The position numbers and the translations under genes were made by a program. The notes below the pieces were generated by a model, which worked only from the letters and a program-made list of their open reading frames with translations, did no database searches and was not told the origin of the DNA. A DNA stretch of 63,789 nt, counting the filler, from Octopus bimaculoides (Eukaryota): NCBI RefSeq assembly GCF_001194135.2. It is 7 parts of 7 records of this genome, joined end to end, with 100 filler letters (N's around TTAATTAATTAA, not from the genome) between each part and the next. Parts side by side here need not be neighbours in the genome. Positions count along the whole stretch, not along the records: positions 34,627 to 48,018 come from NC_068983.1; positions 48,119 to 59,562 come from NC_068988.1; 5 more parts are not named here. One strand, written 5' to 3'. This document shows positions 38,946 to 52,380 of this stretch, in pieces. How positions within the stretch are numbered: position 1 is the stretch's first letter; every line of letters starts with the position of its first letter.

Positions 38946-39346
38946 AGATAAACAGTGCATGATCTTGCAGATGGGGCCCAGTTAGAATTTTCGTCAGGTC
39001 GAGCACCCCATCCTGCTCAAAAGGTATCTCAATAAGGATTATTTAAGGATGTTGAATGAAGCGCCCATGTTTCCAGAGGTGAATTATCCAAACTCCCAAA
39101 GAATTCCTCTCAACACATGGCTATGATGCTCCCCCACTACTTCTGCTCGTGATCGGAAATGCACATACCATCAGCCACTAAGGGATATTGCTCAACTGGT
39201 TATGGTGAAACAACTGACAAGCAAATTTGTGGTATTGAGCAGAATATTTACTGTAAGCCATCTTTTATACCAAGTCAAAACAATGTACCTGATAACTCTT
39301 CCAATCAGTTAAGATCGGAAGCCATGAGAGCTACTGCTTGGTATTA

Positions 39347-39416
<70 letters not shown>

Positions 39417-40403
39417 CACTTTGCTTTAAATAAACGCAGAAAGTCTTGAAAATTAGAACTCTACGAAACCAGTTGTATTATTAAAACAAAAGGCAATAAC
39501 ATATTGCAGTTGGTGTCTTCCGTTCTTAATGTTAACCCAATGCTTAGCTTAAAATTAAAAAAAAACACCAACGATGCTTTATTTTATTTACAGTAATAGA
39601 TAGAAGGAAAATAAGATAGAAAAAGTTGAAAACCAACAGAAAGCAGTTAACAGCGTTATATTTTATTAGTGTTTTATTTTCTCTAGTTATTTTTTTATAC
39701 AACCTTTCCAAATAAAGCAAACATTCAGCATCGTTGCTCAGCCTTGGTTTCATGGTAAAAAATTCATGGAGAAATAAAACGATTCAGGGGAAAAAAAGAT
39801 TCATGGAAATAAAGATTCAGAGAAAAGAAAAAAAGATTCATGTAGAAAGAGATAAAATCGGAGGGATATAAATAAAATGAAATAGCTTCAACTGAGAACC
39901 GGAAACGGGTAGTTATGTCGACTTATAATCTTAAGATCTTGTTGCATAACTTTTCTCAAGGTAGGTGAAAATAGGAAAAAATGATTAACATGGCGATATG
40001 ATGTAAGTTGAAGTTTATTTTGGTTTTATACAATAAAAATAAATACATAAAAATAATTATCTTGTAACAAATTTCTGCAGGGGGGAAGACAATTAAATTG
40101 GTCCAATTATTTTATTGGCATTACTTTATCAACTACGAAGTAATATTAGTGGAATTCGACCTCGACTGCATTTCAACTGGAAACGAAAAAAACTAGATCT
40201 TCTTCGGAAGGCCACACTCTCCACTTATCCATTCCCCAAAAGTGGAATCAAATAAGAATGAATTTGTTACTGTGATGAGAAGAAATAAATTATATTTTGT
40301 TCAGAACCCATTTTTCCCTCGGAGAATCACAACTACTTTATTGTTTTATATTATAAATATATAAACTCATATATTTATCAATAGTGTGGTGCACTTTGAT
40401 TTA

Positions 40404-40461
<58 letters not shown>

Positions 40462-42630
40462 CGCACGCGCATGTGTATTATTACTTAGACAAAATCCGTG
40501 CGATTTATTTATGTGGTGCTTTCGATATACGAGGATATATTGCCACTAGAGACTATTGCGATATTACAGTGGCCTGAGGTCAGCAGAAATTCCGAGACGA
40601 CATATTTATTTAAATATGTTTAAGACATACTTCATTGTCCATAGAGAAATTAAAAGAACAAAACTCCGATAACATTTCAAAAGAAGTAATGTAATGTAAA
40701 GAAACTAAATTATGTAAGGCAGTTGTTTATTGTTTTATCGTTTCTATTTCTTTGTCGCCTTCGGTAAACAGAAGAAAAATGCTTTCCCCCATTGGCATAT
40801 TACAATGACACATTTATTGTAAATGAAGGATATAGGTGATTGGGTTGACTCGAGTACTTGACTGATACATATATATATATAAATAGCTAATGTTCAATGG
40901 AAGTGATGAAGTGCAAAGTTACGCTTCCACATTGATAAACTAAAGAGAAGTACAAGTAATCATATTCTTAATCTTCAGTACCAGACTTCTATAACGTGAA
41001 AAAATAATTAGTTATATCAGCTCTCATATCTTACTGGTATACATCTTATCAATCTTCTAAGGAAAACATGATTTGGTAGGCAAAAGAAGAAGCAAGAGAT
41101 ACTGAATAAAAGTCAGTTCTTATTTAACTCTGGGTAAAATAGCAACTATCTTTCCTATGGACATCTCGTCTTTTCTTCATACTCCGATTTTACTGTAATA
41201 TAGAGTAATATGTGAACTTTTCGTTTTTTAAAAGAATTTTTACTGATATTGCAATTTGGTCAGTCACTACATAAAGATTCAGGAGTTATACTATATCAGA
41301 TTTGCATGAATGCATGCTTCTTGAAGTATGCAGTGGTCTGTGCAAAATTTTAATACTATCTAGTCAACGAATAGCAGTCTGATTATAGACAAGTTAATTC
41401 AACACTATTAGACAGTGATTTACGACTACACATACGTCTTCAGCTAATTGCCTTGCGGCATGGTTGTGCTCCCGAGACTGGTAGAAAAAAACTCCCACGA
41501 ATTTAGAGTTGTTACAGTGGTAAATGGGATATTGAGTTATCAGCAGGTCTGAATCCTAGTGCCGTTGGTTGATGAAATGTGGATGGTAGTTTGGGTATAT
41601 TACCCATAAACAGACACGCTTCATCCAATGGGCTTTCGTACAGTTTCCGTATATACCTTTTCTCTTATAGGTGTTGGAGTTTCTCTAGGTTAAAGTAAAG
41701 GACATATATGCAAGGCTTCGTACAGTGATGTGTACAGTAGCATCGAATCTGGAAACAAATGATTGAGAAGTAAACTTTTGAAACACTCGGCCCTGTCTGC
41801 GTCCACAATGTCTTCCAACGAAGTTATTAATGTTGTGAGTGAAGTAAAATGTCACTAGCCTGAACAGAAATCTATACATGTATACAGTTTTTCTGGAACC
41901 TAACCTACTACCCTCTAATAATCGATTTGCTCAGTAAATAGAATCTCACGGCACATAAATAAAAAGTTAATAACAGCGAGTCTGAAACAATCCATCGACA
42001 AATCACTTGTATAAGTATACTATTCGCTCAGCATTCTTTTCCGAATGCTAATGCATTCAACAATTTCATTCTCCTCATTTAAGCAGTGAAAGTCACGGGA
42101 GGATTTAAAGCTGTGAGGCAGCATACATATCTAATAACCATATGTATCAGAAAATCGATCAGTACGATATTGGAAAGAGAACAAAAAAGAAATGCTGTCT
42201 AGAAATGCTAGAATTCTGTCGGTTTAGTTGACAGCATGTAAAATAAAAATTCTTTGGTAGTATTAATCATAAAATGATGGAATTATATTCTTGTATGCTG
42301 TTGTCAAGTTCTTTGTCAGTTGTGAGGTAGGTGTCGATGTTAGATTATGTCTTGATGAGATATTTTATTACTTACATTCCGTTGCAATATTTTTTAGACT
42401 TCGATCCCTTCTCCCCACTCTATCACACTCTTTCTGTGCATATATATACATTTATATGCATACATTTATATGCATACATATATATGTATATGTATGTATG
42501 TATACAAGTTTGCATGTGTGTGCGTGTTTGTGCACGTGTGCACGTAAACCAGTTTATTATTGGTAGCGAAAATCGTGTGAATATACAGCATTATCTGGGA
42601 ATGTTTGTGTATAGTTATGTATGCATGTAC

Positions 42631-42669
<39 letters not shown>

Positions 42670-42769
42670 NNNNNNNNNNNNNNNNNNNNNNNNNNNNNNN
42701 NNNNNNNNNNNNNNNNNNNNNNNNNNNNNNNNNNNNNNNNNNNNNNNNNNNNNNNNNNNNNNNNNNNNN

Positions 42770-42809
<40 letters not shown>

Positions 42810-43837
42810 TACAAACAACACGCGAGTGCATGCATCCACACACACACTCATGGCCACATAAGTTCGGTCGAAGGAGTTAGATAAAAGGCATAAACTAGAC
42901 TTTTGGCCCTTGATTTACTTTTGGAACTTTTCTGTTGATTAAACGAATGTGTGTGTGTGTTTACATAGACACATGCATATGTACGTATTTATAGCATTGA
43001 AAGTTATGCAAATACACAGCCGTGAGAAGTTATGGATCTTAAACCAAATCTTCTGAGTGGTTGGTATTAAATTTCTTTACTTTATTAGAATAGGAAAAGA
43101 AACGATATGTTCTTATTGACATAGGCATGTAAATAATTCCTGAATGTTTGGCTATAGTAAATATAAATATAATAGAAAACGAAAATCGTTGTTTCTTTGC
43201 CAACAAAGAAAATAAAGCATAAAAGTATATAGATGTTAAATTTTTGTTAACTAGATTTATTGTAAATAAAACAGTCTGATATTAACTCTCGCTGATTTTC
43301 TATTATATGAATTGCTTTTTTCTTTTCTTACAATTTTATATAAAGTATTTTGTTATTTTGTTAATATTTCTTTCTTGTTCTCTATATCTGCGGAAACAAT
43401 AAAATAGTAATGGTTTAAATTTAAATCTAACACATATGCAGATAATATACTACAAATGGCTAGAGATACAACTAAAAGGCTTGTATATATTTCTGCAACC
43501 TACTAGAAATCTCTCTCAAATTACATCCTAGGGTTTTGAAAAGAAATAGAAGGAAGTGCATGAAGTGTGTGTGTATGAGCCGGCCTATGGAGGATCAGTT
43601 TTGGCGTCGGTCTTATCTAGGTTATAGAAGGGTTAAGCAAGGGCTATCAATTTTTTCTCACAGAAAAGCCAATATTTTGTGATGATATGACATGTAATGT
43701 ATAATATAGCATACAACAGAGACATTCTGCATGTATATAAACTTGTAAATATAAGTATACATATATGTGTGTGTTTGAGTGTGTGTGTGTGTGTGTATGT
43801 GTGTGTGTGTGTTTGTGTGTGTTTTTGTGTGCGAATG

Positions 43838-43878
<41 letters not shown>

Positions 43879-43888
43879 NNNNNNNNNN

Positions 43889-43928
<40 letters not shown>

Positions 43929-44101
43929 GAGAGAGATAGATAGATATAGATATATCATAAAGGTACACAAATGTGCCTGCCTGCTAGATATAAGAGTTAA
44001 AACCCTCATTTAAACCAACAATAATAACACTGAAAATTATGACAGAACATCAACCATAGTCAGGAAAATGGGCCGAAAAAAATCTTTCACATACATATAT
44101 A

Positions 44102-44245
44102 TGGTAAGAAGCTTGATTACCAGCCACATGGTTCCGGGTTCAGTCCCATTGTGTGGCACCTTGGCCAAATGTCTTCTACTATAGCCTCAGGCCGGCCTAA
44201 ATTTTGTGAGTGGATTTGGTAGACGGAAACTGAAAGCCCGTCGTA
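44102..44245 (+). mobile_element. SINE family 1, 5' half
   Basis: tggtaagaagcttg..ggttccgggttcagtccc..ggtagacggaaactgaaag. Confidence 0.85.
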
Positions 44246-44267
44246 TATATACATATCTTGATATTTC

Positions 44268-44315
44268 CGCCGCCCACAGGGGAATGTACCGCCCACTTTG
44301 GGAACCATTGCTGTA
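44268..44315 (-). mobile_element. Possible hAT (Charlie-like) terminal fragment
   Basis: Reverse complement cagcaatggttcccaaagtgggcggtac resembles hAT termini CAGTGGTTCCCAAA; no second end found. Confidence 0.4.
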
Positions 44316-45361
44316 GATGTAGCGTTGAGAGAAACAAACTTATGTAAAGACACTATAATAATTCAACGACTGCACCACAACCTGAGCCTAACGCAGTTTC
44401 GGGGCATTTCAATTATACAAATATCAGACGTCTGTCAAGAATCAGATACCCTCATTTGTTATAATGCATGACAAATGATAGACAGTGTCAAAAGGAAAGA
44501 TATTTCGATCTACATATATATATATATATATATANNNNNNNNNNNNNNNNNNNNNNNNNNNNNNNNNNNNNNNNNNNNNNNNNNNNNNNNNNNNNNNNNN
44601 NNNNNNNNNNNNNNNNNNNNNNNNNNNNNNNNNNNNNNNNNNNNNNNNNNNNNNNNNNNNNNNNNNNNNNNNNNNNNNNNNNNNNNNNNNNNNNNNNNNN
44701 NNNNNNNNNNNNNNNNNNNNNNNNNNNNNNNNNNNNNNNNNNNNNNNNNNNNNNNNNNNNNNNNNNNNNNNNNNNNNNNNNNNNNNNNNNNNNNNNNNNN
44801 NNNNNNNNNNNNNNNNNNNNNNNNNNNNNNNNNNNNNNNNNNNNNNNNNNNNNNNNNNNNNNNNNNNNNNNNNNNNNNNNNNNNNNNNNNNNNNNNNNNN
44901 NNNNNNNNNNNNNNNNNNNNNNNNNNNNNNNNNNNNNNNNNNNNNNNNNNNNNNNNNNNNNNNNNNNNNNNNNNNNNNNNNNNNNNNNNNNNNNNNNNNN
45001 NNNNNNNNNNNNNNNNNNNNNNNNNNNNNNNNNNNNNNNNNNNNNNNNNNNNNNNNNNNNNNNNNNNNNNNNNNNNNNNNNNNNNNNNNNNNNNNNNNNN
45101 NNNNNNNNNNNNNNNNNNNNNNNNNNNNATACATACACATATATTTGTTCATATGAAAAAATATATATGCATAGATACGTCATACATGTATATATATATA
45201 TGTGTGTGTGTGTATCGTGCGTGTGCGTGTACATATATGTATGTATGTATGTAAGCATAGGCATCTAAATTTGACAGTTTGCATAAAAGGAAAGTAAATA
45301 TACCATCTAAAAGTAAAAGTATTTTAAAAATACATAGAAAATTAAGTGGATTATGGTTCTT

Positions 45362-45690
45362 TTAGTCAAAGTAGCTGCCCTTAGCTTCCGTCAGAACCTC
45401 AAGACTGCTCCCGAACCGGACACATCCGTTCCCCATTGTGTCCCTGAGAAGATCTTCAAAACCCTTGATCTTGGCCACAAGATCGGCCTTGGTTCTGCAG
45501 GCAGATAGACCGCGTTCTATTCTTTTCAGAATTATAGCAAGGAGCCGAATCCTGCTGCAACTCATATGGCCTTCCAGCAGCGACGCTCTCCAACCAAGTA
45601 TTGACCACAGCCTCTAGCAGCTTCACATAGCTGTCCGAATTGAGCTTTAAGCCCTGTTCAAAGATGTTGGGATAAATTCCGGTATGCAGA
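45362..45690 (-). mobile_element. Tc1/mariner (maT/DD37D-like) transposase remnant with internal deletion
   Basis: PNIFEQGLKLNSDSYVKLLEAVV..RPYELQQDSAPCYNS..ACRTKADLVAKI..RFGSSLEVLTEAKGSYFD*. Confidence 0.75.
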
Positions 45691-45747
45691 TGCAGTCAGA
45701 ATGCCTGCTGAAACCCTTGTTGTTGGCCATGGCAGTATATTGTCTAC

Positions 45748-45805
<58 letters not shown>

Positions 45806-47170
45806 TGCCTTTGCACAGCTTCTAACGCTGGAGATGTAGTACGGTGTCAACTGTTCACTAGCAGTGAGCTAAAGTAACACCTCTTATTTTTCGAGCACCT
45901 TCCGGAGTATTCGAGCGGTTCCAAGCAGTGCTGTTTTCTGCAAGTGCTCCACCCTTATTACATACCTTGTTGTCAGCTGGGCATGCTATATCTATGATCC
46001 AGTATAGTCTGTTTTCTCTCTCAATTAAGACTATGTCCGGCTTCCTATTCTCTATCTCACGGTCGCACTGAATCATGAATCCCATAGGATCTTTGCATTT
46101 CTATTTTCGACGATGCCTTCAGGTTTGTGGTCGTACCAATTTTTTGCTCTGTCAAGTCCATAATTGTTGCAAAGTGTCCAAAGGACAAACCTGGCTATAT
46201 TGTCGTGGCGTCTCTTATATTCCTTCTGGGCTAGTGGCATACATTGGTTGGTAATATGCCATACGGTTTCCTCTTTTTGTCCACAGATTCTGCACTTATC
46301 ACTTTCTGCTATGTTGTCTATTCTGTATTTTATGTAGTTTGTTCTTAGTGCTTGCTCTTGGGCAGCACAGATTGGAGCCTCCGTTTCCGGTTTAAAATCA
46401 CCTTTAGTCATCCACAGCCATCTTTTTTCTCTGTCTGTCTTATCTTCAATATCCCTATTAAATTGTCCATGCATTCTTTTCTTTACCCACCTATTTTCAG
46501 TTTCATTCGTTTTCAGTTTCTTGTATAGTGCTTTATCTTTGCAATCTTTCATCCTACACAAGTCTGACCTTCTAACTTCCTTCTAATAATAGCAGTTCAG
46601 TGGTATTTTTACATACCATGCTATGATGTTTTCTTCTGCTTTAATGCAGTGTTCGCATCCAATAAGTCCTTTTTCCCTTTTTTTTCTTGGTACATACAGT
46701 CTGTCTGTGTCACTTTTTGGGTGGAGTGTCCCATATCTAGTTAGCATCTTCCTTGTCTTTCTGTCTAAGCTGTTTAGTTCGTCTACTGTCCATGCGATTA
46801 CCCCTGCTTCATATCTAAGGAGTGAAACCGCCCAGGTGTTGATAGCTTCCATCTTATTCCGTCCATTTAATTTCGACTTAAGGATCAATCTGCGCAAGTA
46901 CTCCAACTTAAATTTGTTTGTCATTTCTTTTTCCATCAATTTATCCATTTCCAAAATCCCCAAGTACTTATAGCCCGTCTCTTCTATCTGCTTCATAACC
47001 TCCCCCGACGGTATCGTTAGTCCGTCCATACANNNNNNNNNNACCTCCCCCGACGGTATCGTTAGTCCGTCCATACATTTGATTTTGCCTCTCTTCAATA
47101 CTAATACACCACACTTTCTCAGTCCGAATTCCATTCTGATATCAGTACTGAAGGTACACACCGTATCAAC
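45806..47170 (-). mobile_element. Dong/R4-like LINE fragment (RT C-terminus, CCHC finger, REL), 3' end at (ATT)n
   Basis: ORF 46583-47161 (MEFGLRKC..GYKYLGILE..LNGRNK..AINTWA..RLYVPRK); 46073-46561 (CRICGQKEETVWHITNQC..YKRRHD..KILWD); 45858-46085 (NRKPDIVLI..IIDIACP). Confidence 0.93.
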
Positions 47171-47685
47171 GAGGGAACTGAGTTTGTGTGTTCGAAAGCT
47201 GTAGGCATTTTATTTTGAAGGAGATTTAAAATATTCACAGGAAATTGTAGATATTCCAGTCTTTGGAAATAGTAGGAGGAAGAGATGCTCACCTTGTTGG
47301 ATTTCTGAATTTCTGAATTTCTTTTTCCTTTTCTTTTGGAATTTTTCTTTTCTTTTTAAAAGTTTTGCTATGGCTTACAGTTTTTGTAGCTGTGCAGTAT
47401 GTATACATTCACATGTAATTACTTCCTTAATATATTTTATTTTATTTTTTTATCGTGCATTTAATTGTGTTGATACAATAAAAGGCATGATTACATATTC
47501 TGTTAGTCAAGGAAGAAGAGAAGACAAACTGTTCACACAAAATTGGAGATATTAAGGTTTCTAAATTTTTTGGGGTGTTCGTTTCTATATCCAAAGCTGT
47601 AGATATGTAAGTTCCTTAACGTATTTTGAGGGAAATTGAAAATAGTCATAGAAAACTGTAAATATTCCAGATATTGTTGTTATTG

Positions 47686-47737
<52 letters not shown>

Positions 47738-47762
47738 CATTATTATTATTATTATTATTATT

Positions 47763-48018
47763 ATTTTATGTTTGACTTTTGCTTTGCATTTGTACAAGTT
47801 GGATCCAAGTCTCACCCAGAGACCTCAAGAGACAACAAGTTAGAAGTTCATGTAGGTGTTATGCCTAGGGTACCATATATTTGGATTTGTACAGTTTTGT
47901 TCAAGTGAATGTTTAAGAAACCATAAGAAAATTATGTGTTTGCTTTAAAATTTGAGATCACATAGACAGTATTTTACGTAGGATATGGGCAGTTCCCATG
48001 AGCACTCTCTTTTGAACT
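47763..48018 (-). mobile_element. 3' end of a second Dong/R4-like family abutting (ATT)n
   Basis: Minus strand VQKRVLMGTAHILRKILSM* followed by a UTR that ends at the (ATT)n tract 47692-47763. Confidence 0.7.
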
Positions 48019-48120
48019 NNNNNNNNNNNNNNNNNNNNNNNNNNNNNNNNNNNNNNNNNNNNTTAATTAATTAANNNNNNNNNNNNNNNNNNNNNNNNNN
48101 NNNNNNNNNNNNNNNNNNAA

Positions 48121-48350
48121 GATATCATGTGTCGCCCGCACATGAGCCAGTCCAGGGGCACTGGCAATGATCCCGCTTGAACGATTTCATGTGTCACCCG
48201 CACATGAGCCAGTCCAGGGGCACCGGCAACGATCTCGCTCAAAAAACCTCATGTGTCACTCGCACAAGAGCCAGTCCATGGGCACTGGCAATGATCTCGC
48301 ACGAAAGATATAATGTGTCGCCTGCACATGAGCCAGTCCAGGGCCACTGG
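48121..48350. repeat. 62-bp minisatellite, ~3.6 units, each with a GCCAGT/ACTGGC hairpin
   Basis: Unit starts at 48126, 48188, 48250 and 48312. Confidence 0.85.
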
Positions 48351-49504
48351 CATGTCTACATTTTTTTCAAACCAACCAGCTAATTTGTCTAATTTATTAA
48401 CTGTCACAACATCAGCTTCTATGGCATCATCAAAAAGCAGAAATGGCTTATGGTACCATCACTCTTCAGACAAATGAAATGATGTGTACCATTCTGTTCA
48501 TCAAACTGATGCCAACAAGCAAGCTGACATCCATGGCTTTTGGATAACTCAGCTGGTGTGCCATCTCATTCATCTACTCAGACAAATAAGTGCTCAAATG
48601 AGCCTATTACATCAACTTTTCTAACTAATCATGTACAGAGACTGATGTTATATAAACAGGTGCACCTGTCATGACGTACAATAGCTTACCAGCTGTCATT
48701 GTTAGTGGTGGTTATTGGGTACATAACCCAGTTGAGAATTGCGATATTATTAGTCGTCACTGTTTTGTCAGTCATTATCACAGCAAACTAGTTAGAAGTA
48801 TCAAACCAAGCAGGGAGCATCATAAGCTTTCATCAATAATATGCATGAGTTTGATATTGCTAGCAAAACTCTTTAACTGTCACAACCACAACTTTCATAG
48901 AAAAAACTTTGCAACACACCATTTCACTTTATTCTTCAGACAGTTAATATTCACAAACAAGTGGTAACTAGGAACATAAAGATCATGTTTGCAGATATAC
49001 TTTAGGTACTTTGTACTTTCTATAGACGCATTTGTCTATAGTCCTGCAGACTTACTTGCATCTTGTGCACCTTTCATCAAAACTCACCTGCATCTGACAC
49101 ATACATATAGTATGTTCCTTCTTATATTTGTACAAGCACTTTGTATGGACATTTACATATACAAGTCACATTTACACATACAATTACTTCAGCAATTTAC
49201 TACCAAATACTTGCACAACAATATGTGTATATAAACACATATGCATCACATGTAGCTTCATCAAATGTGTTTATATCTATAACAACCACTCTGCTTGAGT
49301 ATATCTGTAGTAGGGTACCTATAATGACAACATTCTCTTCTATCTCATTTATGAGGCCCAACATTCACATCACTTCTTGTGTCTTCATTGGGCAGTGGTT
49401 GTTTGCATAAGTATGTTGTTTGTTGTTTGCATGTTCAAGGCACTATAACCAACTTTTCTGCATATGTTAGCTAATGTTTTTATTCTTTGTTACCTTGAAA
49501 ATGT

Positions 49505-49893
49505 GGAGGCGCACTGGCCCAGTGGTTAGGGCAGCGGACTCGCAGTCATAGGATCGCAGTTTCGATTCCCAGACCAGGCGTTGTGAGTGTTTATCGAGCG
49601 AAAACACCTAAAGCACCACGAGGCTCTGGCAGGGGATGGTGGCGAACCCTGCTGTACTCTTTCACCACAACTTTCTCTCACTCTTACTTCCTGTTTCTGT
49701 AGTGCCTGTAATTCAAAGGGTTAGCCTTGTCACACTGTGTCACGCTGAATATTCCTTGAGAACTACGTTAAGGGTACACATGTCTGTGGAGTGCTCAGCC
49801 ACTTTCATGTTAATGTCATGAGCAGGCTGTTCCGTTGATCAGATCAACTGGAACCCTCAACGTCGTAAGCGACGGAGTGCCAACAACAACAAC
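49505..49893 (+). mobile_element. Near full-length tRNA-derived SINE with (AAC)n tail (Arg-like head; possibly an octopus OR-type SINE)
   Basis: A-box tggcccagtgg, B-box-like gtttcgattcc, TCG in the anticodon-like loop, caacaacaacaac tail. The family name is from memory and not verified. Confidence 0.8.
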
Positions 49894-51675
49894 CTTGAAA
49901 ATATTAGGAATATTAGGAATGTTAGAAATGTGTATTTTGGTCAGAAATATAGTAACGAAAGGGTTAAACTGTTGCAGTCAACAACTTGCAAGAAAGACAT
50001 GATCAGGGAGAATATTTCAGAAGGTTGATATTCTGAGGTGAGAGAACTAGGCATAGTGGTTAGTGTGAGGTTGGTGCAGGGCAAGGACCAACAAGAGTAA
50101 TGAGAAGTGGAATGATGTATATGTTAGGGGTGTGTGAGTGGTGGCGGTATGTGATCAGCCAACTCTGATGAACAGAGGCCATTATAGTAATGATAAGATA
50201 CAAAATCAGCCAACTCTGAGGAAGGTATGAGACCAGCTACTCTGATGTGGATAATTTGCTGAATTCTTTGCCTCATGTTCTCCAAAGACAAAACTGAAGA
50301 GTCCTTTCAACTGTAAATTATCTCTACTTATTTACCAATCATTTTGCTGAATGTATCAATCGTATTTACCGTGGCACCACTATCAGTGAAGACAATAGAA
50401 AGTCCTCACCACTGTATGAAGTTTCTATTCATGGAAATATGACAATGTGAGTGAGTAAAACAGATAAGATTGAGGATGACTACAGAAGATGAACCAGAAT
50501 GAGAGGGAGGAAAGAAAAGAATGTAAGGTGGAGACAAAGTGAATGGGGTGACAATGAAGAGGGAGTGAAATATGGGAAAGATAATACTAGAAGGTGTGAC
50601 AAAGAAAAGAAAACTGCTTCCTGATTTCATAGAGAGATATATTCTGGTAAAGGTAGAAGATTGCCTTGTAATTTCAATTGAACTTCTTTATGGTTTTATG
50701 TGTTATAACAGGTCAGACACCAGTTTTTCTATGTTGGTTGTTTATCACCACAACAGGTCGTTGAAATGTGAGATATACTATATCTTTATTTATAATGTTT
50801 TCATTCGTAAGTTATAACGAATTTTATTGTTTATTAATTAAAAGCTATAATGATAATTTCGTTACTTATAACTTAATTATAAGTATTATCACTAAGCATA
50901 ACTCTTAGTTTAGTTTAGTTTAGTTTAGTTTAGGTTAGGCTGCGTAAATGTTATGATGTCACATGATAAACGCTGGGTGAGCATTTATCATGTGCACGTA
51001 TGTTGAAGATATAGATTATATTTTTTTACCGTTGTACATAAAAAAATAGTTTCATTAATATACAGAAATAAATTCAACAAGTTGAAAGAAACAAGAAGTA
51101 AAAGGAATTAAGTTTCTACATTAATTTATTATATACATATTTTTACATTTATAGAAATTTAGAAACAAAGCATTTCATAGTAGAGAATTTACGACTTAAA
51201 ATTATCATTAACTAGTTTCTCATTCTAACTAATGAGGTTTCGCAACAATTCAATATTGTCGGATTTGAGTATTGAACATGGCATATATATTTGCCTTATA
51301 CTCAAAAGGGTGAGTGTCGTGGACTTGAGTAACATCCAACGATCACTGGAGATTTGGCTGAAAATCAGGGTTTTATGACTACTCATACACGAATCATAGA
51401 ACCGTAACCCCGTGAAAGATTTCTTCAACGAAGTTCATAATTCGTATATGGGCAGTAATTTTTAACCAATGAGAAATCAATAATTTCTCATGTTCGGGCA
51501 AACAAACTTACGTTCTCTCTCTGCCTCTTATGAGTTTGCTACAATGGCAACATGGGATATTAATTCCTATAAATAGAGAAGATACAAGATCTTTAACAAT
51601 GACAACTTTTACAATATCATATGAGGCATTTGTAAATAAAATGTTAGCTTTTAATTAGCCTAGAATATTAAAAGT

Positions 51676-52185
51676 TGCCATTTTTGTCACAAGTGGCAGA
51701 CACCCATCTAAAGGAATGCACTAGTATACCAATAAGAAACTTGCTGGAAATGTTGACCTTCTGTGTAGAAACTACCTACTTCAGTATGGACACTGATATA
51801 TATCGACAGGAAGAGGATTTAGCTATGGGCTCACCATTATCACCAATAATAGCCAATATATACGTGGAATACTTTGAGAATTTGGCTTTAGGATCAACAC
51901 CACTAAAACCAACCCTATGGCTGTGATATGTTAATGACACCTTTATATTCTGGCCCTACCAGGAAGATGTCCAAGTGCTGTTAGATCATGTGAACTCAAT
52001 AAAACCATCCATACAATTCACAATGGAAAAGAAAAAAGACAATCAGCTAGCATTCCTGGATGTATTAATAACACGCACCAAGTATGGATTCAGGACATCC
52101 GTATACTGCAAGCTGAGTTCGATTCCAGGCAGTGACCTGGATAATAATAATAATAATAATAATAGTAATAATAATAATAATAATG

Positions 52186-52225
<40 letters not shown>

Positions 52226-52380
52226 TAACAACATTGAAAAATACCTTAGGAATGAGAACCCAGGTTTGAAATTTCCCCAAGACTCCTGATGAAGGCTGGA
52301 GGGTATATCAGTTGAAACGTTGTGTGAACAACAAACAAGGTGAGGACAAATATCCGTCAAATGTAAATAATATAAATAAT
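51676..52380 (+). mobile_element. Penelope-like element (Penelope/Poseidon-like), internally deleted
   Basis: RT reads YFS..YRQEEDLAMGSPLSPIIANIYVE..WL*YVND..IQFTME..LAFLDV; it is joined at ~52116 to the same 3' region seen at 61134-61320. Confidence 0.9.
52282..52326 (+). ncRNA. PLE-associated minimal hammerhead motif, partly degenerate
   Basis: actc-CTGATGA-A-GGCTGG-agggtata-TCAGTT-GAAA-CGTT-GTGT. Confidence 0.65.

Noticed and set aside
46998-47077. 35-bp tandem duplication inside the Dong-like RT
   Set aside because: An exact repeat on both sides of a 10-N gap, typical of unmerged contig overlap.
48121-48350. CRISPR-like array (palindromic repeats with variable spacers)
   Set aside because: The 'spacers' are homologous to each other and only ~19 nt, the context is eukaryotic and there are no cas genes. 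It is a minisatellite.
48400-49430. Possible decayed DNA-transposase coding sequence (also 51200-51470)
   Set aside because: Only vague motif resemblance amid many stops; not supportable without a profile search.
49505-49580. tRNA-Arg gene
   Set aside because: Cloverleaf stems pair poorly and the sequence continues into a SINE body and (AAC)n tail.
50903-50940. Interstitial telomeric repeat
   Set aside because: Mostly TTTAG with only two TTAGG units; molluscan telomeres are TTAGGG.
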